From: Alkalilimnicola ehrlichii MLHE-1
GTDB lineage: Bacteria; Pseudomonadota; Gammaproteobacteria; Nitrococcales; Halorhodospiraceae
Direction: 5' to 3'
Assembly (NCBI RefSeq): GCF_000014785.1
Contig: NC_008340.1
Coordinates: forward strand, 810,001 to 842,000
DNA: 32,000 nucleotides
Within the stretch, counting starts at the first letter, position 1; each line of letters begins with the position of its first letter. Both the position numbers and the translations under genes were made by a program. The notes below the pieces were generated by a model, which had not been told where the DNA came from, searched no databases, and saw only the letters and a list, made by a program, of their open reading frames with translations. Shown here piece by piece: positions 9,681-16,702 of the stretch.

Positions 9681-9740
9681 GGCCACCCCGCGGGTCGGCC
9701 GGGTCTATCACCGGCGCAGCCTGCGGGGTGGCCTTTTTCT
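9681..9740 (+). terminator. Candidate intrinsic terminator downstream of proX
   Basis: GGCCACCCCGC (9681-9691) pairs with GCGGGGTGGCC (9723-9733) and is followed by TTTTTCTGTT. The loop is long (about 31 nt), so this is atypical. Confidence 0.4.
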
Positions 9741-9820
9741 GTTCGCAGGCCTCGGGCGGCATGGCCGCCCGCACTGCGGTATCATCGGCACACCAATGCG
9801 GACTATGGACAGGGGGCAGT

Positions 9821-10267
9821 GTGCGTGAATATTGGATGAGCCCGGTCACCCGGTGGGTGGGTATCGCCGTACTGGTCATCATCCCGGCGATGCTGATCGC
9901 CGGGATCAGTCAGGGCCGGTTGACCCCGGCCGAGCCCGGGGCGTTCTACATGAACCTGTTCCTAGGGGTGCTGGTGGTCTACTTGGTGGGCATGCTGATC
10001 TGGAACGGCAGCCACTGCCCGCTGGCCCGCCAGGACGGCGAGCGCTTCGAGGTGCTGCGCGCCTTCACCCCCGGGGGCGGCTGGCGCTGCTATGACCTGG
10101 ACAAGCTGTTCATCGTCCGCCGCTCCCTCTCCGGCACCATGTTCGGCTTCACCGACGGCAGCCTGGCCCACCTGCGCACCAGCCTGCTGCGGCGCGCCGA
10201 TGCCAAGGAACTGGTGCAGACCATGCGCGAACGCGCCGACCGGCAGAAGCCGGAGGGCTTGGGGTGA
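9821..10267 (+). CDS. Hypothetical small membrane protein (two predicted TM helices plus a soluble C-terminal domain)
   Basis: In-frame GTG at 9821 follows AGGGGG; an alternative ATG is at 9836. It has hydrophobic segments WVGIAVLVIIPAMLIAGI and FLGVLVVYLVGMLIW. I recognise no family. The track start at 9728 lies inside the terminator-like structure. Confidence 0.5.
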   Translation: MREYWMSPVTRWVGIAVLVIIPAMLIAGISQGRLTPAEPGAFYMNLFLGVLVVYLVGMLIWNGSHCPLARQDGERFEVLRAFTPGGGWRCYDLDKLFIVRRSLSGTMFGFTDGSLAHLRTSLLRRADAKELVQTMRERADRQKPEGLG

Positions 10268-10364
10268 TGGGGACCCACCGCACCCGGCACGCCGTATAGG
10301 CCCCACCCCGCCCCCGCGACCCCCGGAGGCCTTCCCGTCATCGCGAGGGGGGCGCCCCTACCCC

Positions 10365-10444
10365 CCGTCATCGCGAGGGCCGAAGGCCCGTGGCGATCCA
10401 GAGCGGTAGACTGCCACGTCGGCTTCGCCTCCTCGCAGTGACGG
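10365..10444. repeat. REP-like palindromic intergenic repeat, full copy A
   Basis: CCGTCATCGCGAGG...GGCGATCCA...CTGCCACGTCG...CCTCGCAGTGACGG. The terminal arms are inverted repeats with a 2-nt mismatch. A left-arm-only fragment lies at 10335-10348. Confidence 0.75.
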
Positions 10445-10461
10445 TGGGGGGCGCCCCACCC

Positions 10462-10542
10462 CCGTCATCGCGAGGGCCGCAGGCCCGCGGCGATCCAGGC
10501 GGGGTGTGGATTGCCACGTCGCTGCGCTCCTCGCAATGACGG
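10462..10542. repeat. REP-like palindromic intergenic repeat, full copy B
   Basis: CCGTCATCGCGAGGGCCGCAGGCCCGCGGCGATCCA...TGGATTGCCACGTCGCTGCGCTCCTCGCAATGACGG. It has nested inverted repeats, including GGCGATCCA/TGGATTGCC. A degenerate right-arm fragment CTTCGCAGCGACGG lies at 10553-10566. Confidence 0.75.
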
Positions 10543-10576
10543 TATGGGGGGCTCTTCGCAGCGACGGGATGGGTGC

Positions 10577-11590
10577 TCAGGCGTCCCCGTTCACGCCGTT
10601 TTCCTCGTCCTCGCCGTTCTCTTCCTCCTCTCCGTCGTCGATATCCAGGAAGACCTCGGTGGTCTCACCTGGTTCGGCGTCCAGCGTGATGACCTTGGAG
10701 GTTCCGATCACCAAGTCATCTCCAGCGGCGTCCGGGTCATCCTCGTCAGCGTTGCACACTAGCGCCAGGGTATAGGTTTCAGGTTCCAGGAACCCAAAGC
10801 GGAAGGTCCAGTTGCCGTCTTCGTTGACGTCATCGGCGTCCTCCCCCTCGTGGGTTGCGGTGGTCAGTGGCCCCTGGTCCTCTGCAATATCGTCGAAGGT
10901 GTCGGTCTCGCCTTCGTAGACGTAGACGGCGGGCACGGGTGACTCCGTTTCGCAGGCGGCTGGCGGGGCGAAGACATCCAAGTGACCGACGTTGTCCAGG
11001 GAGATCACGCGTAGAACGGGACGGAAGAGGTATTGCTCGTTACCGGTTTTCACCAGGGATTTGCGCAGATCCACATCCACCACAAGCCGCAACGCCTGTC
11101 CGTCTTCGATCGTTTCGCCACCGGGCATATTCAACTGAAAGCCCCGGGTGCCGCCAGACGGAATGCGGAGCGGTTCCTCGCTCCCGTCCTTAAGTACGAG
11201 CCAGGACGCCCCGGAGTGCGGGAGGGGGTCATTCGCCTCATCCGCATCCAGTTTCAGGCGGATCCAGTTGTAGGTCCCCGCCGGAATGGTCTCTTCAGTG
11301 ACCAGATCCGCACTCTCACTGCCTTGGAGCGAGAGCAGGTCAACGGCGTCAGGCGCCTCATCGACGAGTATCTCGAAGGGTTCACCGTCCTGGGGATTGA
11401 ACTCAAGGGAATGGAACCGCACCCAGACCTCCTGGACTTCGTCCACCGGTGCGTCGGTGACCGCCAGGGAGAAGGTCGCCTCCTCGTCGTCCGTGCTACT
11501 ACTGCTCCCGCTGTTGCAGGCCGCTACCAGGGCGCCGCTGGCCAGGATGGCGGCCAGGGCGGACCAATGACGGGTCTTGTGTTGGCTCAT
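10577..11590 (-). CDS. DUF4382-like secreted lipoprotein with a polyacidic C-terminal tail
   Basis: Signal peptide with lipobox ALVAAC. FSLAVTDAPVDEVQEVWVRFHSLEF resembles the DUF4382 N-terminal signature. The C-terminus is IDDGEEEENGEDEENGVNGDA. The opposite-strand ORF 11033-11644 has no recognisable features. Confidence 0.72.
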   Translation of the reverse strand: MSQHKTRHWSALAAILASGALVAACNSGSSSSTDDEEATFSLAVTDAPVDEVQEVWVRFHSLEFNPQDGEPFEILVDEAPDAVDLLSLQGSESADLVTEETIPAGTYNWIRLKLDADEANDPLPHSGASWLVLKDGSEEPLRIPSGGTRGFQLNMPGGETIEDGQALRLVVDVDLRKSLVKTGNEQYLFRPVLRVISLDNVGHLDVFAPPAACETESPVPAVYVYEGETDTFDDIAEDQGPLTTATHEGEDADDVNEDGNWTFRFGFLEPETYTLALVCNADEDDPDAAGDDLVIGTSKVITLDAEPGETTEVFLDIDDGEEEENGEDEENGVNGDA

Positions 11591-11836
11591 GGGCTCTTCT
11601 CCGTTGTGCTGGGCTACATCCTTAAAGGTAACCCTTATGGGTGAGCGGGTCAGCCCAGCGTATCAAGGGGTTTTACATCGGGTGGCTGGTCGGCCCCGGC
11701 CGGGCTGTTATCCTTGGTGTTCGCTCTGGCCCGGCCCTGACGGTGCCTATCGGGGGCATCGCGAATCGAAAGCGGGAAACAGATAGTGTGTTGCTATCAT
11801 GGGGCGCCACGCCACCTCTTTAGGGAGCCTGTCTGC

Positions 11837-12958
11837 ATGTCGCAGTTGACCGTGAAGTCGTTGTTCGAAGGCCGGAAGGGGTTCCGGCACGACGATCAGC
11901 CCCGGCTCGGGGTGCTGGTAACCAACCTGGGTACCCCTGACGCCCCTACCACGCCGGCCCTGCGCCGCTACCTGCACGAGTTCCTGTGGGACCCCCGGGT
12001 GGTGGAGGCGCCCCGTTGGATCTGGTGGCTGATCCTCAACGGCATTGTGTTGCGTACCCGCCCGAAGAAATCCGCCGCGGCCTACCGTGAGGTCTGGACC
12101 GAAGAGGGCTCGCCGCTGCTGATCATCGGCCGGAAACAGACCCGGGGCATCCTCGAGCGGTTGCAGTCGCGCCTGCAGGGGCCCGTGGTGGCGGAGCTGG
12201 CCATGCGCTACGGCAACCCTTCCATCGCCTCCGGACTGCGCAGGCTGCGCGATCAGGGAGCAGAGCGCATCGTGGTGCTGCCGCTCTATCCCCAGTATTC
12301 CGGCTCCACGACCGGGTCCACCTTCGATGCCGTTGCGGACGAGCTCAAGCGCTGGCGGTGGGTGCCGGAGTTCCGCTTCATCGGCCAGTACCACGACGAT
12401 GAGCGTTACATCGAGGCCCTGGCCGCCAGCATCCGCGAGCACTGGGCCGAGCACGGCCGCGGCGAGAAGCTGCTGTTTTCCTTCCACGGGACCCCGCGCC
12501 GCTACCTGCTCGACGGCGACCCCTATCACTGCCAGTGTCAGAAGACGGCCCGCCTGGTGGCCGAGCGCCTGGAGCTGTCCGACGAGGCCTGGCAAGTCAC
12601 CTTCCAGTCGCTCTTTGGCAAGGAGGTCTGGCTGCAGCCCTACACCGATGCCACCGTGGAGCAGCTGGCCCGCTCGGGGCTGAAGACCCTGGACGTGATC
12701 TGCCCGGGTTTCTCGGCGGACTGCCTGGAGACCCTAGAGGAGATCGAGGGCGAGAATGCCGAGATCTTCCAGGAGCACGGCGGCGATAAGCTGCGCTACA
12801 TCAAGGCGTTGAACGACCGGGACGACCACTTGGAGATGCTGGCCGGCCTGGTGCATGAGCATAGCCAGGGCTGGCCGGAGGCTGGGGGGCCGGCGCGCAC
12901 CCTGCGCGACCCGCAGGCCACCCAAGAGCGGGCCAGGGCACTGGGGTCCGATGTCTGA
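11837..12958 (+). CDS. hemH: Ferrochelatase
   Basis: ATG at 11837 follows AGGGAG. Motifs LVTNLGTPDAPT, VVLPLYPQYSGSTTGS, LLFSFHGTPRRYL and FQSLFG..WLQPYT are present. Confidence 0.92.
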   Translation: MSQLTVKSLFEGRKGFRHDDQPRLGVLVTNLGTPDAPTTPALRRYLHEFLWDPRVVEAPRWIWWLILNGIVLRTRPKKSAAAYREVWTEEGSPLLIIGRKQTRGILERLQSRLQGPVVAELAMRYGNPSIASGLRRLRDQGAERIVVLPLYPQYSGSTTGSTFDAVADELKRWRWVPEFRFIGQYHDDERYIEALAASIREHWAEHGRGEKLLFSFHGTPRRYLLDGDPYHCQCQKTARLVAERLELSDEAWQVTFQSLFGKEVWLQPYTDATVEQLARSGLKTLDVICPGFSADCLETLEEIEGENAEIFQEHGGDKLRYIKALNDRDDHLEMLAGLVHEHSQGWPEAGGPARTLRDPQATQERARALGSDV

Positions 12959-13445
12959 GCCCGATATGTCTGAGCCCCGGCGCCTGACCTCGCGGCGCCT
13001 CTTCTGGGCGCTCACCGGGGCCGTGCTACTCTGGACCCTGTTCACCGCCGGGCAGGGTTGGGACCCGCTGGGGCTGTTGGTGGTCACCGCAGCAACCCTG
13101 GCGGGGGCGTGGTGGACCCCGCTGTGGTTACGCCCGGTGCGCTGGCACGCGCTGCCCGGTTTCGGGCTCTATTTTGTCGACCGCTCGGTGCGGGGCGGCG
13201 TCGATGTGGCCTGGCGGGCGTTGCAGCCCACGATGCCGCTGCAGCCGCAATGGCGGGTGCGCCCCCTGCGCCTGCCCGCCGGCGGGCCCCGGAGTCTGCT
13301 GGTCAGTGTGATCAGCCTCATGCCCGGCACCCTGTGCGCCGAGCTGGTGGACGACGAATTGGTGGTCCATGCCCTGGCCCAGGGACTGGACGGCGAGCTG
13401 GACGAACTGGAGCGACGCATCGCCCGGTTGTACGCACTGGAGTAG
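12951..13445 (+). CDS. mrpE: Monovalent cation/H+ antiporter subunit E (MrpE/MnhE-like)
   Basis: ATG at 12951 overlaps the hemH stop by 8 nt; a second ATG is at 12966. It has the two N-terminal TM segments and the VISLMPGTL....DDELVVHAL...ELERRI pattern typical of subunit E, and it lies directly upstream of F and G. Confidence 0.78.
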   Translation: MSEPDMSEPRRLTSRRLFWALTGAVLLWTLFTAGQGWDPLGLLVVTAATLAGAWWTPLWLRPVRWHALPGFGLYFVDRSVRGGVDVAWRALQPTMPLQPQWRVRPLRLPAGGPRSLLVSVISLMPGTLCAELVDDELVVHALAQGLDGELDELERRIARLYALE

Positions 13446-13448
13446 TTC

Positions 13449-13715
13449 ATGGACACGGCTCTGCTGCTGGTGGCGGTCTTTCTCTTACTCAACCTGCTGG
13501 CCGGGTTGGTTCGCGTCTGGCGCGGCCCTACGCCCGCCGACCGGATGCTCGCCGCCCAGTTGTTCGGGACCACCACGGTGGCGGTGTTGCTGATCCTTGC
13601 CCAGGCCATGGAGCTGGCCGCCCTGCGTGACGTGGCGCTGCTCTTCGTGCTCCTCGCCACCCTGGTGAGTGTGGCCTTCGTGCGCCTCCCGAGCCGGGCG
13701 GAGGAGCGGGAGTGA
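13449..13715 (+). CDS. mrpF: Monovalent cation/H+ antiporter subunit F (MrpF/MnhF-like)
   Basis: 88 aa, three hydrophobic helices, with the RVWRGPTPADRMLA motif typical of subunit F. Confidence 0.8.
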   Translation: MDTALLLVAVFLLLNLLAGLVRVWRGPTPADRMLAAQLFGTTTVAVLLILAQAMELAALRDVALLFVLLATLVSVAFVRLPSRAEERE

Positions 13716-14017
13716 CCATGGCCCTGGTGCTCGCCTGGGGGTTGATCCTGATGGGGGCCGGCTTTTTCCTGGCCGGAACCATCGGCCTGCTGCGCTTCCC
13801 CAATGTCTTCTCCCGCCTGCACGCGCTCACCAAGGCCGACAACGTGGGCCTGGGACTGCTGGCGTTGGGGCTGGCGATCCTGGCGGGCAGCCCGTGGGTG
13901 GCGTTGAAACTGGCCCTGATCTGGCTGCTGGCCCTGTTGGCCGGTACGGTCTCCTGCCACCTTATCGCCCGCTACGCATTGCGTGAGCAGGGGGGCCGGG
14001 AGCAGGCCCGGCCATGA
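13712..14017 (+). CDS. mrpG: Monovalent cation/H+ antiporter subunit G (MrpG/MnhG-like)
   Basis: GTIGLLRFPNVFSRLHALTKADNVG is the MnhG signature region. GTG at 13712 overlaps the F stop (an in-frame ATG at 13718 is an alternative). Confidence 0.85.
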   Translation: MTMALVLAWGLILMGAGFFLAGTIGLLRFPNVFSRLHALTKADNVGLGLLALGLAILAGSPWVALKLALIWLLALLAGTVSCHLIARYALREQGGREQARP

Positions 14018-14967
14018 TGGTCTGGTGGCTGGACGGCCTGCTGGCACTGGGCCTGCTCTGGCTGGCCTGGCAGGCGGTGACCGCGCCGCGGCTGTTCCGC
14101 TCGGTGGTGATGTTCATTGTCTTCGGGTTGTTCATGAGCCTGTGCTGGGCGCGGCTGGCGGCGCCCGACCTGGCGCTCGCCGAGGCCGCCATCGGTGCGG
14201 GCCTGACCGGGGCCCTGTTGCTCTCCGCCTATCGGGCGCTGCTGGTACGCCACGGTGCCGGCCGGGAGGAGGCGCCCGGTATCGCGCCGGCACTGGCACG
14301 GGCGATCGCCGTCGGCTCCGGGGTGCTGTTCGCGGTCCTTGCCGGCATCCTGTTGACCCTGCCCGGGGCGGAGGCGCCGGCCGGCCGGGAGGCGCTGGCG
14401 CGCATGGAGGAGTTGGCCCTGGACAATCCGGTGACCGGTGTCCTGCTGGTTTTCCGCGCCTACGACACGCTGATGGAGATGGGGGTGCTGCTGCTGGCAC
14501 TGCTGGGCGCGCGGGTGGTGGCCGAGCCGTTGCGCGCTGCCGGCCCGGGGCCCTGGCGCCGTCCCGGCCTCAGCGAACCGGTCCTGGTCGCCCCGCTGGT
14601 GGCGCTGCTGGTGCCCCTGATCGTCCTGGTGGCGGGTTATCTGCTGTGGGCCGGCACCACCGCGCCGGGTGGCGCCTTCCAAGCCGGTGCGGTGCTCGCC
14701 GCCCTGGGGGTGTTGCTGCGGCTCACCGGCCGTCTCCGGCCCACGCTCACCAATAGCCTGTACGAACGGGCGGTCCTGGTGCTCGGGCTGGCGGTATTCA
14801 CCGCCGCCGGCGCCCTTGGTCTCGGGACCGAGGGCTATATGCTCAGCTATCCGGCGGGGTGGTCCTACCCGCTGATTCTGGTGGTTGAGACCACGCTGAT
14901 GCTCTCTATCGCCCTGACCCTGGCGCTGTTGTTCAGCGGCTCCAACGGCTTCCGGGGAGCGCGGTGA
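14014..14967 (+). CDS. mrpB: Fusion of an MrpA C-terminal-like (DUF4040/MbhD-like) region with MnhB/MrpB
   Basis: 317 aa. The N-terminal part LDGLLALGLLWLAWQAVTAPRLFRSVVMFIVFGLFMSLCWARLAAPDLALAEAAIGAGLTG resembles DUF4040. The C-terminal part NPVTGVLLVFRAYDTLMEMGVLLLA...GGAFQAGAVLA resembles MnhB. ATGA overlaps at both ends. Confidence 0.78.
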   Translation: MMVWWLDGLLALGLLWLAWQAVTAPRLFRSVVMFIVFGLFMSLCWARLAAPDLALAEAAIGAGLTGALLLSAYRALLVRHGAGREEAPGIAPALARAIAVGSGVLFAVLAGILLTLPGAEAPAGREALARMEELALDNPVTGVLLVFRAYDTLMEMGVLLLALLGARVVAEPLRAAGPGPWRRPGLSEPVLVAPLVALLVPLIVLVAGYLLWAGTTAPGGAFQAGAVLAALGVLLRLTGRLRPTLTNSLYERAVLVLGLAVFTAAGALGLGTEGYMLSYPAGWSYPLILVVETTLMLSIALTLALLFSGSNGFRGAR

Positions 14968-15278
14968 TGGAACAGGTGCCCCTCTACGTCCTGACGGCTG
15001 CCGGGTTGTTTGCCATCGGTGTCTACGGCCTGCTGGTCCAGACGCACCTGCTGCGGCGAATCCTGGCGGTGAACGTGATCGGCAACGCCGTTTTTCTGCT
15101 GCTGGTGGCCTGGGCGGTGCGCGATGGCCGACCGCCGGACCCGGTTCCCCACGCCATGGTCCTGACCGGCATCGTGATCGCGGTGAGCGCCACTGCCTTC
15201 GCCCTGGCCCTGTTGCGCCGGTACTACCGGGATACCGGCCGCGTCAGCCTGGAGGACCGAGAGGACGGGCCCGGATGA
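14964..15278 (+). CDS. mrpC: Cation/H+ antiporter subunit C (MrpC; NuoK-like)
   Basis: 104 aa, three TM helices, with GLFAIGVYGLL..HLLRRILAVNVIGNAVFLLL typical of NuoK/MnhC. Start and stop overlaps on both sides. Confidence 0.85.
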   Translation: MMEQVPLYVLTAAGLFAIGVYGLLVQTHLLRRILAVNVIGNAVFLLLVAWAVRDGRPPDPVPHAMVLTGIVIAVSATAFALALLRRYYRDTGRVSLEDREDGPG

Positions 15279-16702
15279 GCGGCGCGGTCTGGGCCATCTT
15301 CTGGCCGCTATTGGTGGCGTTGGCCGAGTACCTGCTGCAGGGGCGGGCGCGCTGGCCGCTGCGACTGGCGGGGGTGGCCGGCACCGTGTGGGCGCTGGCC
15401 CTGCTCACCCGGATGGTGGTGGTCGACGGGGTGGGGGTTCACGCCCTGGGCGGCTGGCCTGCCCCGCTCGGTATCGAGCTTTACGCCGATGGCCTGGCGG
15501 TGCTCATGCTCTGGCTGTCTGCTGTGGTGATGGCGGTGAGCGTGCCCTATGCCGGCGCCTGGTTCGGCGACCAGGCCCGGGCCCGGCATTACTGGCCGCT
15601 CTGGTGGGTGCTCTGGTCCGCGTTGAACGGGCTGTTTCTGTCGGCGGATCTGTTCAACCTCTACGTCATGCTGGAGTTGCTCACCCTGGCCGCCGTGCCC
15701 CTGGTGGCGTTGGCGGCTAAGCCGGAGGCCCTGGCCGCGGCCCTGCGTTACCTGTTGTTCGCGTTGCTCGGCTCGTTGGCCTGGCTGCTGGGGGTGGCGG
15801 TGATCTATGCCGGGGCCGGCACCCTGCATCTGCACGGGGTGCCCGAGCTGGCCGGTGCGCCCTACGGGGCCTTGGCGGCCGGGCTGATCACCGCAGGCCT
15901 GTTTGCCAAGGCGGCACTCTTCCCCCTCCACGCCTGGCTGCCCCCGGCCCATGGGCACGCCCCAGCCCCGGTCTCGGCCATCCTCTCGGCGCTGGTGGTG
16001 AAGGCGGCGGTGTACCTGGTGTTGCGGATCTGGCTTTGGGGCTTTCCGGACTTGATCACGCCCCTGGCCGGGCAGTTGTTGGGCCTGCTGGGGGCGGCGG
16101 CGATGATCCTCGGGTCCGTGTGGGCCTTCCGTCAGGCGCAATTGAAGCAGGTGATCGCCTACTCCACGGTGGCGCAACTGGGCTACCTGTTGCTGATTTT
16201 CCCGCTCCTGGCCAGCGCCGCCGCCTGGCAGGGCGTGGTGTACCACGGGCTTGCCCATGGCCTGGCCAAGGCCGCGCTGTTCCTGGCCGCGGGCAATATC
16301 ATGATCGTGATAGGGCACGACCGCCTGCGCGACATGCGGAACTTCCCCAGCACCCTGTCCCCCAGCCTGTTTGCCTTCGCCCTGGCCTCGGTGAGCCTGA
16401 TGGGGCTGCCCCCGGCCGGCGGGTTCGTCGCCAAGTGGCTGCTGGTTGAGGGGGCACTGGCGGAGGGCCAATGGGGCTGGGCCCTGCTGGTGGTGGCCGG
16501 CGGGCTACTGGCGGCCGCCTACCTGTTCCGGGTCATGCGGCTCTTTGTGCGCCACGCCGGCACCCCGGGGGTGAGTCACCACCCGCCGCTGGGGTGGGCA
16601 TTGAACGGGCCACCCATGGCGCTGGCGCTGGCGGCCCAGGCCCTGGGGCTGGGGGCGGAACCGCTGCTGGCGTTGCTGGCGATCGCCGAGGGGGGGCCGT
16701 GA
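15275..16702 (+). CDS. mrpD: Proton-conducting antiporter-like subunit (MrpD/NuoN/NuoM family), copy 1
   Basis: 475 aa polytopic protein with KAALFPLHAWLPPAHGHAPAPVSAILSALVVK and GLPPAGGFVAKWLL motifs. Confidence 0.88.
   Translation: MSGAVWAIFWPLLVALAEYLLQGRARWPLRLAGVAGTVWALALLTRMVVVDGVGVHALGGWPAPLGIELYADGLAVLMLWLSAVVMAVSVPYAGAWFGDQARARHYWPLWWVLWSALNGLFLSADLFNLYVMLELLTLAAVPLVALAAKPEALAAALRYLLFALLGSLAWLLGVAVIYAGAGTLHLHGVPELAGAPYGALAAGLITAGLFAKAALFPLHAWLPPAHGHAPAPVSAILSALVVKAAVYLVLRIWLWGFPDLITPLAGQLLGLLGAAAMILGSVWAFRQAQLKQVIAYSTVAQLGYLLLIFPLLASAAAWQGVVYHGLAHGLAKAALFLAAGNIMIVIGHDRLRDMRNFPSTLSPSLFAFALASVSLMGLPPAGGFVAKWLLVEGALAEGQWGWALLVVAGGLLAAAYLFRVMRLFVRHAGTPGVSHHPPLGWALNGPPMALALAAQALGLGAEPLLALLAIAEGGP

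Noticed and set aside
10335-10566. The repeat array as a possible CRISPR locus.
   Set aside because: There are only two full copies. The units are about 80 bp and internally palindromic, separated by a 17-nt G/C-rich linker rather than unique 30-40-nt spacers. No cas genes are in the window.
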